Of a DNA stretch of 64,000 nt, positions 1-9,824 are shown piece after piece; position 1 is the stretch's first letter, and each line of letters opens with the position of its first letter. Both the position numbers and the translations under genes were made by a program. The notes beneath the pieces were generated by a model that saw only the letters and a program-made list of their open reading frames with translations, was not told the DNA's origin and did not search any database. The DNA comes from an uncultured Gammaproteobacteria bacterium (GTDB taxonomy: Bacteria > Patescibacteriota > Microgenomatia > JALYQM01): contig CAZHTP010000001.1 in NCBI GenBank assembly GCA_964535655.1, positions 31,515-95,514 on the forward strand, read 5' to 3'.

Positions 1-100
1 GCGACATAAACAGCGTCAGGGATAGTATTAAGGAAAAATCCCAGGCAATTTATGCCCGGGACGAATTTAGATTTATAAGTTAATATTAAGGAAAATTCGC

Positions 101-496
101 ATGGCACGTATTTCAGGTGTTGATCTACCTAATAATAAAAGAGCTGATATCGGACTTCGCTATCTTTTTGGTGTTGGTCCAACGAATGCAAAGAAAATTT
201 TAGATGCAGCCCGAGTTGATTACGCAACTCGCATTAAGGATTTAACCGAAGATGAAATTCTTCGCATTCAGAGAATGGTAGACACCTATCGCGTAGAAGG
301 CGATCTCCATAGAGAAATAATTCAAAATATCCGACATAAGCAATCTATTGGTACCTATCAAGGAAATCGTCATAAAGCTGGCCTTCCCGTTCGCGGCCAG
401 CGTACTCGACATAATGCTCGAACTCGTCGAGGTAAGCGAAAAACTGTTGGTACAGTACGTAAAGAAGTAGTAGCAAAAATGGGAGCAACTAAATAA
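101..496 (+). CDS. rpsM: 30S ribosomal protein S13
   Basis: N-terminus '[34 protein letters not shown]' and a basic C-tail are typical uS13. A strong SD 'aaggaaa' precedes the start. Confidence 0.95.
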   Translation: MARISGVDLPNNKRADIGLRYLFGVGPTNAKKILDAARVDYATRIKDLTEDEILRIQRMVDTYRVEGDLHREIIQNIRHKQSIGTYQGNRHKAGLPVRGQRTRHNARTRRGKRKTVGTVRKEVVAKMGATK

Positions 497-498
497 CT

Positions 499-879
499 AT
501 GGCAGCATCAGCAGCAAAGACAACACGGAAAAACATTAGTAGTGGTCGGGTATATATAACTGCGACCTTTAATAATACACTCGTAACGATTACCGATGGC
601 ACAGGTAATACTGTAGCTTGGGGTTCAGCAGGTGTTTCAGGGTTTAAAGGAGCACGAAAGTCTACTCCTTATGCTGCAACAACTGCAGTTGATCAGACAA
701 TTCGTAAAGCTATGGATATGGGGCTTCGCGATGTGGATGTTTTCATTAAAGGACCTGGAGCTGGTCGTGATGGCGCGATTCGTGCGTTAAAAGCTGCAGG
801 AATGGGTATTAGCTCTATTTCAGATGTAACACCTTTAGCACATAATGGATGTCGTCCTAAAAAGAAGAGGAGAGTATAA
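499..879 (+). CDS. rpsK: 30S ribosomal protein S11
   Basis: Motif '[30 protein letters not shown]' matches uS11, and the gene follows rpsM as in the conserved operon. Confidence 0.95.
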   Translation: MAASAAKTTRKNISSGRVYITATFNNTLVTITDGTGNTVAWGSAGVSGFKGARKSTPYAATTAVDQTIRKAMDMGLRDVDVFIKGPGAGRDGAIRALKAAGMGISSISDVTPLAHNGCRPKKKRRV

Positions 880-1493
880 TGGCACGCTACACAGGCCCTA
901 AAACACGTTTAATGCGACGAGAAGGTACCGATCTCGGTTTGAAGTCGTATGTTAAAACTTCCGCTACCAAGCGTCTTACGGTTCCACCTGGAATGCATGG
1001 ACAAAAAGGTAAGCGAAAGACGAGTTCCTATGGAATTCAGCTTCGTGAGAAGCAGAAGGTGAGAACTATTTATGGCCTTGCCGAAAGGCAGTTCCTTCGT
1101 TTTTTTAATTTAGCATCAAAAAGTCGTGGTGCAACAGGTGAGTTGTTTTTACAACTTCTAGAACGCCGCCTTGATAATGTTTTATATCGACTAGGATTTG
1201 CGCCTACACGCGCTGCTGCTCGTCAGTTTGTAAATCATGGACATGTAAAAGTTGACGATAAGCGTGTTTCTATTCCTTCATTTATTGTAGAACCAGGAAT
1301 GGTTATCTCACTTTATGAGCGAGCATTGCAAATCCCATCTTTGAAAGCAACGGTTGATGTAACTAAAGATGCAGAGGTGCCAGTTTGGCTTGAGAAAAAA
1401 GGAATGGTTGGTAAAATTAAAGGTTTACCAGCACGCACAGACGCACCAAATGAAATTGATGAGTCTTTGATAGTTGAATATTATTCAAGATAA
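879..1493 (+). CDS. rpsD: 30S ribosomal protein S4
   Basis: '[19 protein letters not shown]' N-terminus and an S4 RNA-binding domain ('LDNVLYRLGFAPTRAAARQFVNHGHVKVD'). The start overlaps the rpsK stop. Confidence 0.93.
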   Translation: MARYTGPKTRLMRREGTDLGLKSYVKTSATKRLTVPPGMHGQKGKRKTSSYGIQLREKQKVRTIYGLAERQFLRFFNLASKSRGATGELFLQLLERRLDNVLYRLGFAPTRAAARQFVNHGHVKVDDKRVSIPSFIVEPGMVISLYERALQIPSLKATVDVTKDAEVPVWLEKKGMVGKIKGLPARTDAPNEIDESLIVEYYSR

Positions 1494-1533
1494 TGGAGGA
1501 TCCGCCAGGGAAGGCTTCTGGCGAAAACGTATA

Positions 1534-2475
1534 ATGTTAGATTTAACAAAAGTTATTTTAGTGTCAGAAGGAACGAATTCAGCAACTATCTCTATCGAAC
1601 CATTGGAACGAGGATATGGTCAGACTCTTGGTAACGGCCTTCGTCGGGTGCTTTTAACAAGCCTCCCTGGCGCTGCTGTTACTCGAGTACGTATTAAAGG
1701 CGCACCTCATCAGTTCATGACGGTTACTGGTATGACGGAGGATGTAGTGGATCTTCTTCTTAACGTAAAGAAGATTCGTATTAATCTTCATGGGGATGAT
1801 GAAGTAGTTTTGAAATTGCATGCAAAGGGTGCCGGCGCTGTTACTGCAGGTGATATCGAAAAGAACACAGCAGTGGAAATAGTTAATTCAGATTTAGTAT
1901 TGGCTCACCTGGCTGATGATAAAAGTTCACTCGATATGGAGTTAGTAGTAGGGCGTGGAGTTGGTTATGTAACTGCTGAAGAGCGCGTTTCCAATGACCC
2001 AACAGCTGCACAGAAGTTAGGAGAGATTTTACTTGATTCGCATTATTCACCAATAACTCGTGTTAATTACACAATTGAGACTACCCGCGTGGGGCGAATC
2101 ACTAACTTTGATAAATTGAATATGGAAATATTTACTGATGGAACTATTTCGCCGATGGATGCGATGCGTCAGTCTGCATCAATTCTTGCTAAGTATTTTG
2201 GTTTCTTGAGTGGTGCTGAAGCGAATGCAGCTACTGATGATGTTCAGGAAAAGCCAAAAGTTGTTGCACATAACACTGAGAAGTTGACTGTTGACGAGCT
2301 TGATCTTCCCCCTAAGATTGCAAATCGATTAAAAGAGAATGGGTATGAGACTGTTGATGATGTGGTTAATGCAGGGCGCGATAAGCTTTTGAAAATGCCT
2401 AACTTTGGAGAAAAATCACTTAAAGAAGTTGAAGTAAAATTGAAAGAGAAAGGACTCCCGGGGATTGGTAAATAA
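1534..2475 (+). CDS. rpoA: DNA-directed RNA polymerase subunit alpha
   Basis: 'IEPLERGYGQTLGNGLRRVLLTSLPGAAV' matches the alpha N-terminal domain. A C-terminal alpha-CTD-like 'LDLPPKIANRLKENGYETVDD' is present. The internal Met at 1534 was chosen because its spacing to the 'EPLERG' motif matches E. coli; the ORF-track start at 1474 would overlap rpsD. Confidence 0.9.
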   Translation: MLDLTKVILVSEGTNSATISIEPLERGYGQTLGNGLRRVLLTSLPGAAVTRVRIKGAPHQFMTVTGMTEDVVDLLLNVKKIRINLHGDDEVVLKLHAKGAGAVTAGDIEKNTAVEIVNSDLVLAHLADDKSSLDMELVVGRGVGYVTAEERVSNDPTAAQKLGEILLDSHYSPITRVNYTIETTRVGRITNFDKLNMEIFTDGTISPMDAMRQSASILAKYFGFLSGAEANAATDDVQEKPKVVAHNTEKLTVDELDLPPKIANRLKENGYETVDDVVNAGRDKLLKMPNFGEKSLKEVEVKLKEKGLPGIGK

Positions 2476-2551
2476 TAAGACTGAGAAATTGCCAAGCAAT
2501 TAATGCTAGGCACGAAAATAGTTTTTTATTGCTAATTAGAGGAATTTTCGC

Positions 2552-2989
2552 ATGCGACACCGTGTATCAGGAACTAAATTTAATGTAGATCGCGATCATC
2601 GTGCATCGTTACTTCGTAACTTGCTTACGTCGTATATTATTCACCAGGAGATCACTACAACTGAAGCTAAAGCTAAAGCTTTGAAGAGTTTATTTGATAA
2701 GCTTGTAACTCGTGCGAAGAAGAATGATTTGCAAGCTCGCAGAATGGTAGCTACGTATATTACGCAACCTGATGCTATGGTGAAATTGTTTGATGAATTA
2801 TTACCAAAGATGCAAAACAGAGTAAGTGGTTATTCTACTACCGTTAAGCATATTGGTGAGAGGGCCGGTGATAGTTCAAAAATGATGACAATTAAAATGC
2901 TTGTAGAAGAAGCAGCGGTTAAAGAAGAAAAGAAACCAGCAAAGACTACGGCAAAAAGAGTTAGAAAAACTAAAATGGAGGAGAAATAA
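2552..2989 (+). CDS. rplQ: 50S ribosomal protein L17
   Basis: 'MRHRVSGTKFNVDRDHRASLLRNLLTS' is a bL17 signature, and the gene follows rpoA as in the conserved order. Confidence 0.93.
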   Translation: MRHRVSGTKFNVDRDHRASLLRNLLTSYIIHQEITTTEAKAKALKSLFDKLVTRAKKNDLQARRMVATYITQPDAMVKLFDELLPKMQNRVSGYSTTVKHIGERAGDSSKMMTIKMLVEEAAVKEEKKPAKTTAKRVRKTKMEEK

Positions 2990-2994
2990 GGTAT

Positions 2995-3423
2995 ATGAAC
3001 AGCTCAACAGGAATTAGACCATCGCAGATTCAGAGAAAGTGGCATGTTGTTGATGTTGCTGATCAGACTTTAGGTCGAGTGTCATCTCAAATTGCTAAGT
3101 TACTTATTGGTAAACATAAGCCTTACTTTGTTAATCATCAGGATACTGGCGATTATGTAATTGTTATTAATGCTGCAAAAGTAAAAACTACTGGTAATAA
3201 ATTAGCTAATAAAATTTATCATCGACATAGTGGATTCCCCGGTGGTATGAAGACTCGTACTTTGGGTCAACAAATGGATAAGGATTCACGCATTGTTTTA
3301 GAAAAAGCTATTAAAGGTATGTTACCAAAGACTAAGTTGGGTGCACAAATGTTTTCGAAGTTGTTTGTATATTCGGATGATAAGCATCCTTACGAGGATA
3401 AAATTGCAAAAGGAGCTAAATAA
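2995..3423 (+). CDS. rplM: 50S ribosomal protein L13
   Basis: 'KWHVVDVADQTLGRVSSQIAKLLIGKHKPYF' is a uL13 signature. Confidence 0.93.
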   Translation: MNSSTGIRPSQIQRKWHVVDVADQTLGRVSSQIAKLLIGKHKPYFVNHQDTGDYVIVINAAKVKTTGNKLANKIYHRHSGFPGGMKTRTLGQQMDKDSRIVLEKAIKGMLPKTKLGAQMFSKLFVYSDDKHPYEDKIAKGAK

Positions 3424-3827
3424 TGTCAGAGAATACTGAAAGCATATACAAGGGTACTGGTCGACGCAAAACTTCGACCGCACGCGCTCATATTAAATTG
3501 GGTAAAGAGGGGATGACTGTTAATGATCGTCCAATCGAAGAGTATTTTTCAGGTGCAGTCAGTGCAACTGTATACACTCGTCCTTTTAAAGTCACCAATA
3601 CTTTAAGCCGATTTACTGGTTCAATTAGAGTTTCTGGTGGTGGACTTGAAGGTCAGCTAGAAGCTGTAGCGCACGCTTTATCGCGCGCTTTAATGAAATT
3701 TGACCCTACTCTTAAGGTTCAATTGCGTAAGCATAAGCTTTTGACTCGTGATCCTCGCATGAAGGAGAGTCTTAAGTACGGTCTTGCTCATGCAGCTCGT
3801 GCTAAGAAGAGTTCTCCAAAGCGTTAA
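3423..3827 (+). CDS. rpsI: 30S ribosomal protein S9
   Basis: 'GTGRRKTSTARAHIKLGKEGMTVNDRPIEEYF' and a C-terminal 'AARAKKSSPKR' match uS9. The gene overlaps the rplM stop. Confidence 0.93.
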   Translation: MSENTESIYKGTGRRKTSTARAHIKLGKEGMTVNDRPIEEYFSGAVSATVYTRPFKVTNTLSRFTGSIRVSGGGLEGQLEAVAHALSRALMKFDPTLKVQLRKHKLLTRDPRMKESLKYGLAHAARAKKSSPKR

Positions 3828-4038
3828 AACTAAATACCCTGCTTCTTGAGAGTTCGTTGCTCAGAAATTTGAAGTTTAAGTCATACTACTTTTTGCGGCT
3901 TCTTGCTTTCGAATTGTTTCTTAATCCTAGAATTTAACCAGGACGGATGCAAATTTCTTGCGCTACGAATCTCTCAATTCGCAACTCTTAACTTGGAAAT
4001 AAATATTACTTCGGATTAGTATTGATATAATAACCTAT

Positions 4039-4860
4039 ATGCCTGAACTTCCTGAAGTTGAAACTATTCGTCGTGGTTTGGAGTTACTTGTTGTTGGTCA
4101 GCAGATCAATTCGGTTGAAGTGTTACTACCTAAAATGTTTATTGGCTCGGCTGAAGATATTGTAGGGGCTTCTCTTGTGTCTGCCGGAAGGAGGGGAAAA
4201 CTCCTTATTATTCGTACTTCAGGTACTTTCTCGGTTCTTATTCACCTTAAAATGACAGGTCAGTTGCTATTTGTTCGCGCAGGCGAGACTACTTCTTTAC
4301 CTGAAAAAAGTACTAAAGTGATTTTTACTTTTGAATCGGGTGACCGCCTGTTTTTTAATGATTTTCGCACGTTTGGATTTGTTCAACTGTTTGAACAGAC
4401 AAAGCTTGATGAACATCCTTTTATACGAAAAATAGGGATTGAGCCTTTAGAAAATTTTTTTACTCAATCTTCTTTTTATGCATTACTTTCAAAAAGCAAC
4501 AGATCTAATATTAAAGCTTTTTTACTTGACCAGACTAAAATTGCTGGATTAGGCAATATTTATGCTGATGAAGTCTTATTTGCTGCTAAAATTTTGCCTA
4601 CGCGCAGGGTTGATTCGCTTTCTTTTTCTGAGCGTGAACTGCTTTTTGAATCGATTCGGGCAGTACTGTCAAAAGGCATAGATTTACGCGGTTCTTCTCA
4701 CACCAGCTATGTTGACGTTTCTGGTGAACGTGGGGTATTTTTGAACCAGGCAACTGTTTATCAGCGAGCTGGTTTACCATGTCGAGATTGCGGCACTCTA
4801 ATTACTAAAATAAGGCTTGCCGGAAGAGGCACTCACTACTGCCCGAACTGTCAAAAATAG
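4039..4860 (+). CDS. fpg: formamidopyrimidine-DNA glycosylase (Fpg/Nei family)
   Basis: N-terminal 'MPELPEVETIRRGL' has the catalytic Pro2/Glu3. A C-terminal zinc finger 'CRDCGTLITKIRLAGRGTHYCPNCQ' is present. A -10-like 'tgatataat' lies just upstream. Confidence 0.85.
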   Translation: MPELPEVETIRRGLELLVVGQQINSVEVLLPKMFIGSAEDIVGASLVSAGRRGKLLIIRTSGTFSVLIHLKMTGQLLFVRAGETTSLPEKSTKVIFTFESGDRLFFNDFRTFGFVQLFEQTKLDEHPFIRKIGIEPLENFFTQSSFYALLSKSNRSNIKAFLLDQTKIAGLGNIYADEVLFAAKILPTRRVDSLSFSERELLFESIRAVLSKGIDLRGSSHTSYVDVSGERGVFLNQATVYQRAGLPCRDCGTLITKIRLAGRGTHYCPNCQK

Positions 4861-4865
4861 CCGTT

Positions 4866-7430
4866 TTAGAGCATCTCAGCGCCTGTGTGCGGGTTAATTA
4901 CGTGCATTTTCTTATCTGTGGTCTCAGTTGGAGGGAAGACGAAACCTACTCCAGATCCGTTATAGTTAATTCCGCAATGCAGGTTATCAATCCCGGTTGC
5001 GCCGGTTATGCACATTTTTACTCCTGGGGCATCAAATAGTCTTGTATTTACATTGTATTTGGCCGTTCTCTCTTGAACAGTAAATGAAATTTGAGCTGTC
5101 TTATCAATACCCTCATCGGAAATACGTGTCTGCCAGTCTAAGTCCATCTCGTCTGATGTTTTGATGGGCTTTGACCATTTTCCTGGTCCGCCAATTGGTC
5201 CTGAGCGAATGCTGTAGTATATCTGGACAAATTGGTGATTACCATCCCCTCTGGGTATTGATGAATACACAGTATAGACAACAAATGTAGCCGTGTTTCC
5301 GTTTACATCTGTAACTGTTGCGATTTTTGGTGAAGCGTTATTCGCCCAGGTTTCAAATTCAGTCTTTCGGGTTGTTATGCGTTTTGTGATTAGTTCTTCT
5401 GGACTCCATTGACCTAATGGTGAACGAGCCAAGAATACTAAGCTGTTGTCATCATTACTTCCTAATCGGCCGCCTACGAGAACATTCCCTTGATTATCTG
5501 TCTGTATGGTAAACGGTATCGTATTAACTAATCCCACTGTGCTTGCGGAGAATGGCACTTTTTCAGATTCAACAACTGTTTTTAACGTCCTTGAAACCTC
5601 ATCAAACGCTAGCTTACTGTACAAAACTCGAGGGCAGTTATCGTCATCACACCACAGGAGATGAATATTATCGTCATTATCGGAAGCAAAGCGTACTGCC
5701 CACTTTACTCTATTACCTAAAAATGCGTTTGCGGTGGTGTTTTCTTTAAATACACCATTTATAGAATTAAAATACTTATATACTCCTCCAACATTAGTAA
5801 AAGCTATTTTTTCACCATTTTTTCGGATAAAAACTGCGGGAGTACCATAAAATTCACCATCGGCTACTTTTACAATTGGAAGAAGTGGACCGTTGGGAAG
5901 TTCATTAGTGGCTATAAAGAAGCCTTTTTTGTTGTCAGGGTTTTTATATACTTCTACAGCTACAGCCAAATGACCCGCTCTTTCTGTTATAGTAGGCCAA
6001 TGCTGTGCAACACCTAACCGATGACCTACCGGTTGTCCATCTACAAAGAGCGCTCCCGCACGCTCGTTTCCTGCCCTTAGGTAGGCAGAGTGATTCCCTG
6101 CAGTAACAACGGAAGCGCCGATTGGTAGTACATCAGGATTCATGAAACGAGAATCCGCTGAAATTTCAGCATATCCACCTAACTTATCTATATAGTCGTC
6201 AGTGCTGAAAGGTCCATTGCCGGTAGAGGTTGTTCCTGACTTAGTTGATAAAGAAAAGTGCATTTGAGCCGGTAGGTCCTTCATCCATTTTAAGTCATCT
6301 GGAGAGTATATGCCTAATTTGTCACCAAAAGCACGCGAGAAATATAACTCTGCTGCTTCAGTGTCGAACCCAATTTCATTGGTAGGAGCATGAATAGATG
6401 CAATCTTTAAGAATGGAAGTTTTGCTGGATCAACGAGTACGGTTGATTCTGGATTTTCAAATTGCTGTTGCGTATATTTCGGCTCAATTGGTGGCTCATC
6501 ATAACAGACCTTACTTGATAACGTTGTTGCAGGAGGACTAATATTTTCTTCTGAACAGAGTAAATTAGCGGGAAAGGGAAGCGATGCTGTTGTTACTGCA
6601 ACATCAGGTGATGTAGCGCAGATTCCCTTAAATGTACCAATATCAGGAAAAAAAGGTAACGCTGCCGGTGGAATTTCTTGACACGAATAACCGGCACTGC
6701 AGAATGAAGTTGGATCCCCTGGATTGCAGTAGCGGGTATCGTTTGAGATAACTGACGGAATTTTTCGTGCTAGCTCGCGAAGCCCATTGGGGTATGGTAT
6801 TGCAAAATCTTTTCGATCTGAATCGTCAATTGGATTTGAATCGGTAGGTTTTTCCTCATCTACCTCGCAGAGTTCGCCATCGTCTACTATACCGTTTGCA
6901 ATTACAGTATCGCAGCCACTTGCCGAACTTGGAATGGATTCTCCGATAGATAAGGTCCTTTTGGTAGTTTTTAAATATCTAATTACGCCGGTTTCACTTA
7001 CCGTGAAAGATCCCTTACCTATTCCGTCTCTGCTAATACAATATGTCTTCCAACGGTCGGAAAACTGCGGGTCGTTGACTGTAGTGCTGGTAAACGCTCC
7101 GATTACATTATAATAGTTAAGAAAGATTTGTGAAAAAACATTTGTTTTAATCGATGCTTCAGAATCTATAGTTACCGAGTATCCTCCTTCGGAGAATGTA
7201 TGCGAGAATCCAACATCATTCTTGGTATCGACGTCACTGGTGTGATGAGTAGTAAAGTGTGGCAGAGGAAATTGTCCGCCAAAATTGTAAAAAGCTGGGC
7301 ATGTTTGTGCACTTGCGGACGAAATGGGAGCTACTACCAGAGTCGAGAAAACGAGTACAGAACCGATAGCTCCGTACATAAATTTAGTGCTTTTTCTAAA
7401 TCGCCTATTGAACATGTACCCTCTTTTCAT
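4866..7430 (-). CDS. large secreted protein of unknown function (signal peptide, Cys-containing, possible BNR-like segments)
   Basis: The 854-aa ORF starts with a basic stretch plus hydrophobic core '...KFMYGAIGSVLVFSTLVVAPISSASAQ', which is a signal peptide. No catalytic motif was recognised. Confidence 0.6.
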   Translation of the reverse strand: MKRGYMFNRRFRKSTKFMYGAIGSVLVFSTLVVAPISSASAQTCPAFYNFGGQFPLPHFTTHHTSDVDTKNDVGFSHTFSEGGYSVTIDSEASIKTNVFSQIFLNYYNVIGAFTSTTVNDPQFSDRWKTYCISRDGIGKGSFTVSETGVIRYLKTTKRTLSIGESIPSSASGCDTVIANGIVDDGELCEVDEEKPTDSNPIDDSDRKDFAIPYPNGLRELARKIPSVISNDTRYCNPGDPTSFCSAGYSCQEIPPAALPFFPDIGTFKGICATSPDVAVTTASLPFPANLLCSEENISPPATTLSSKVCYDEPPIEPKYTQQQFENPESTVLVDPAKLPFLKIASIHAPTNEIGFDTEAAELYFSRAFGDKLGIYSPDDLKWMKDLPAQMHFSLSTKSGTTSTGNGPFSTDDYIDKLGGYAEISADSRFMNPDVLPIGASVVTAGNHSAYLRAGNERAGALFVDGQPVGHRLGVAQHWPTITERAGHLAVAVEVYKNPDNKKGFFIATNELPNGPLLPIVKVADGEFYGTPAVFIRKNGEKIAFTNVGGVYKYFNSINGVFKENTTANAFLGNRVKWAVRFASDNDDNIHLLWCDDDNCPRVLYSKLAFDEVSRTLKTVVESEKVPFSASTVGLVNTIPFTIQTDNQGNVLVGGRLGSNDDNSLVFLARSPLGQWSPEELITKRITTRKTEFETWANNASPKIATVTDVNGNTATFVVYTVYSSIPRGDGNHQFVQIYYSIRSGPIGGPGKWSKPIKTSDEMDLDWQTRISDEGIDKTAQISFTVQERTAKYNVNTRLFDAPGVKMCITGATGIDNLHCGINYNGSGVGFVFPPTETTDKKMHVINPHTGAEML

Positions 7431-7444
7431 ACATAATATATCGT

Positions 7445-8143
7445 ATGAAACCTGTCAATAAATTGCAACTGTTTTCCCATTCTACCAAGATGGCCGTATA
7501 TTTCTTATATTTTGCTATTGCTGGCCTAATAATTGTTTTTATTATATCTTATTTCATGAAAGGGAGCGATAGTGCAATTACCGATTTCAGCAATTCCGAT
7601 GACATACCCGTAACAGGGCAACGGACTCAATCTCCCGTAGCTTCATTACCTCAAAATGAGGTGAAATCGTATCCGATCAATGACTATTCAGTCGGTGTAG
7701 TTGCACAAAGCGATTATGTTCAGGATCCGAGCACCCCTAAGGATCAAGCTGTTATTTCGTTGGTAAAACCTTCTACAAACCAAAGAATCATTGTGAGAAT
7801 TATTCAGACAAACCCCAATACTACTGCCGAGATTTATGCGCGAGAAAATCTTAAACTTTATGGAGATGCTGTTCAAGATGCGCGAACATTTAAAAAATCT
7901 ATATTTGGCGGTTTCCGCTATGTTGTGTTATCCACTAATAAGACGTTGTTGTTCTCTGTGGCTTTTATAAAAACTCAAGACCAGGTACATACTTTGCAGG
8001 TAAGTGGTCCTGTTGCTGATGGTAATATAGATAGTATTAAGAGTAAAAATGAAGCTGATCTTGATCAACTACTTTCAACCTACAACTTAAGTTCATATGA
8101 AGAAAGGGAGCTCCTGAATGGAAATGGGTATGCTGGACAATAG
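7445..8143 (+). CDS. membrane-anchored hypothetical protein
   Basis: Has an N-terminal TM helix 'VYFLYFAIAGLIIVFIISYF'. The remainder has no recognisable motif. Confidence 0.5.
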   Translation: MKPVNKLQLFSHSTKMAVYFLYFAIAGLIIVFIISYFMKGSDSAITDFSNSDDIPVTGQRTQSPVASLPQNEVKSYPINDYSVGVVAQSDYVQDPSTPKDQAVISLVKPSTNQRIIVRIIQTNPNTTAEIYARENLKLYGDAVQDARTFKKSIFGGFRYVVLSTNKTLLFSVAFIKTQDQVHTLQVSGPVADGNIDSIKSKNEADLDQLLSTYNLSSYEERELLNGNGYAGQ

Positions 8144-8169
8144 TTTTATGGTACCCTCAGTAGTGACCT

Positions 8170-9012
8170 ATGTCTAATGAGGCTTATTCTATCATTATTC
8201 CGTGCCTAAATGAAGAATTTTACATCGGCAAATTGCTTCAGTGTCTTTTGGCGCAATCGCTTAAAAATATAGAGATTATCGTTGTTGATGGCAATTCTGT
8301 AGATAAGACTCGAGAAATTGTAACTCAGTATGTTTCTAACTCTGAAGGAGTTGCAGTTCGCCTTCTTGTTTCAGATAAACGAGGTGTTTCCCATCAGAGA
8401 AACTTGGGAGCATCGCAGGCACAATTTGATAAATTACTTTTTCTTGATGCCGATGTGCAAGTAAAGCCAAATTTTTTAGAACAGACTATCCCTGAAATCT
8501 TGGAGCGGGGATTAGAATTGGCAACGGTACAATTTAAGCCGCTTAGTGTTCGAGTGGAAGATAAGTTCCTCTATTCCTTCGCAAATTCATATATTAGTTT
8601 GTTGCAATTTATTGAGCCTGTATCGTTAGGCTGGTGTATCTTTAGTACAAAACATGTGCATACGTTAATTAACGGATTTGATGAAGAGCTTACATTCGGT
8701 GAAGACTATAATTATGTGGTTCGTGCTGCAGAAAGAGGAATAAAATTAAAAGTCTTAAAAAAGGGGCGAGTATATATCTCTGTGAGAAGACTTAGCGATG
8801 AAGGCAGGCTTAACTTTGCAAAGAAAACTATTGTTGCTGAAGTGTTACGTTTTATGAAAGGGAGAGTAGAGAAAGATCAAATAAATTACGAGTTTGGTAA
8901 ATTTAAAAAAGATATTGATGCGATGAAATTTGGTGATCTTGATACCGGTACCCAAGATATGTGGAAACGTTTATTGCAAGCACTTAATTTGAATAATAAG
9001 GAGAATTCATGA
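8170..9012 (+). CDS. family 2 glycosyltransferase
   Basis: 'IIIPCLNEEFYIGKLLQCLLAQSLKNIEIIVVDGNSVDKTREI' and 'LDAD' (the DxD motif) are GT-A/GT2 hallmarks. Confidence 0.75.
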   Translation: MSNEAYSIIIPCLNEEFYIGKLLQCLLAQSLKNIEIIVVDGNSVDKTREIVTQYVSNSEGVAVRLLVSDKRGVSHQRNLGASQAQFDKLLFLDADVQVKPNFLEQTIPEILERGLELATVQFKPLSVRVEDKFLYSFANSYISLLQFIEPVSLGWCIFSTKHVHTLINGFDEELTFGEDYNYVVRAAERGIKLKVLKKGRVYISVRRLSDEGRLNFAKKTIVAEVLRFMKGRVEKDQINYEFGKFKKDIDAMKFGDLDTGTQDMWKRLLQALNLNNKENS

Positions 9013-9821
9013 GTCCAAAGATTTTGTCTATTGTTACTCCGTGTCTTAATGAAGAGCATTATATTGGTAAACTGTTATATACATTATCTTTACAGACTAA
9101 CCAGGATTTTGAATTTATTGTTGTTGATGGTGGTTCAACAGATAAAACTATCGATGTCCTGAATAAATTCGACAAGATTTTGCCACAAATGCAAATTGTA
9201 CAAGCTGGTAAAAGAGGAGTATCGTATCAGAGAAATTTGGGAGCTAGCAAAGCGTCTACCGATCAACTCCTCTTTTTAGATGCTGATAGTCGACTTGATC
9301 AATATTATATTGCAGATTTCTTAGATGAGGTTCATAAATCGACTGCGGATATTGCCACTGCCTATATTTGGCCAGATAGTAAGAATCCAATGGACTGGTT
9401 TTTCTGGCTTGGTGGAAATGTAGTTACTGATTTATCTCGGTATGTCTGGCCTCTAGGCTACGGAATGAATTTATATATTCAAAAACGTTTATACGATGAA
9501 ATACATGGCTTTAACGAGGAATTGCGTGTTGCCGAGGATGTGGATTTAGTAAAGCGAGCAATTGCTGCAGGCGGCAAGTATGCTGTTCTTAAAAAACCAA
9601 AATATTATACTGATGTCCGCCGATTGCGTAGTGAAGGACATGCACAGTTTATGGTGAAGACAATGTTAATTGCCTGGCAAGCATACCGCCATGGCTCTTT
9701 TTCTAAAGTAGATGTGGAATATAAAATGGGAGACTGGAATGAGAAAGATCAGGAGAAAGATTTAGAAGGTAAAAGTTTATTTGAGAAAGTAAAACAGTCG
9801 ATGTTGTTTTGGAGAGAATAA
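9009..9821 (+). CDS. family 2 glycosyltransferase (tandem paralog)
   Basis: 'IVTPCLNEEHYIGKLLYTLSLQTNQDFEFIVVDGGSTDKT' and 'LDADS' match GT2. The gene overlaps the upstream GT2 by 4 nt and is clearly paralogous to it. Confidence 0.75.
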   Translation: MSPKILSIVTPCLNEEHYIGKLLYTLSLQTNQDFEFIVVDGGSTDKTIDVLNKFDKILPQMQIVQAGKRGVSYQRNLGASKASTDQLLFLDADSRLDQYYIADFLDEVHKSTADIATAYIWPDSKNPMDWFFWLGGNVVTDLSRYVWPLGYGMNLYIQKRLYDEIHGFNEELRVAEDVDLVKRAIAAGGKYAVLKKPKYYTDVRRLRSEGHAQFMVKTMLIAWQAYRHGSFSKVDVEYKMGDWNEKDQEKDLEGKSLFEKVKQSMLFWRE

Positions 9822-9824
9822 CGT

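Noticed and set aside
1474-1533. Upstream extension of the rpoA ORF overlapping rpsD
   Set aside because: The extension ('MNIIQDNGGSAREGFWRKRI') is not alpha-subunit-like. The internal Met at 1534 gives the canonical spacing to the 'EPLERG' motif.
2244-2513. Numerous 60-110-aa antisense or alternate-frame ORFs in the track (e.g. 2244-2513, 4598-4780, 11852-12163, 15011-15271, 22546-23142, 27805-28097)
   Set aside because: They lie fully inside well-supported genes on the opposite strand or in another frame. They are low-complexity, without RBS. Treated as non-coding.
3828-4038. 210-bp gap after rpsI, checked for an SRP, 6S or RNase P-like RNA
   Set aside because: No conserved motifs of those RNAs were recognised. 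It contains a plausible fpg promoter ('tgatataat'). It is probably just an operon boundary.
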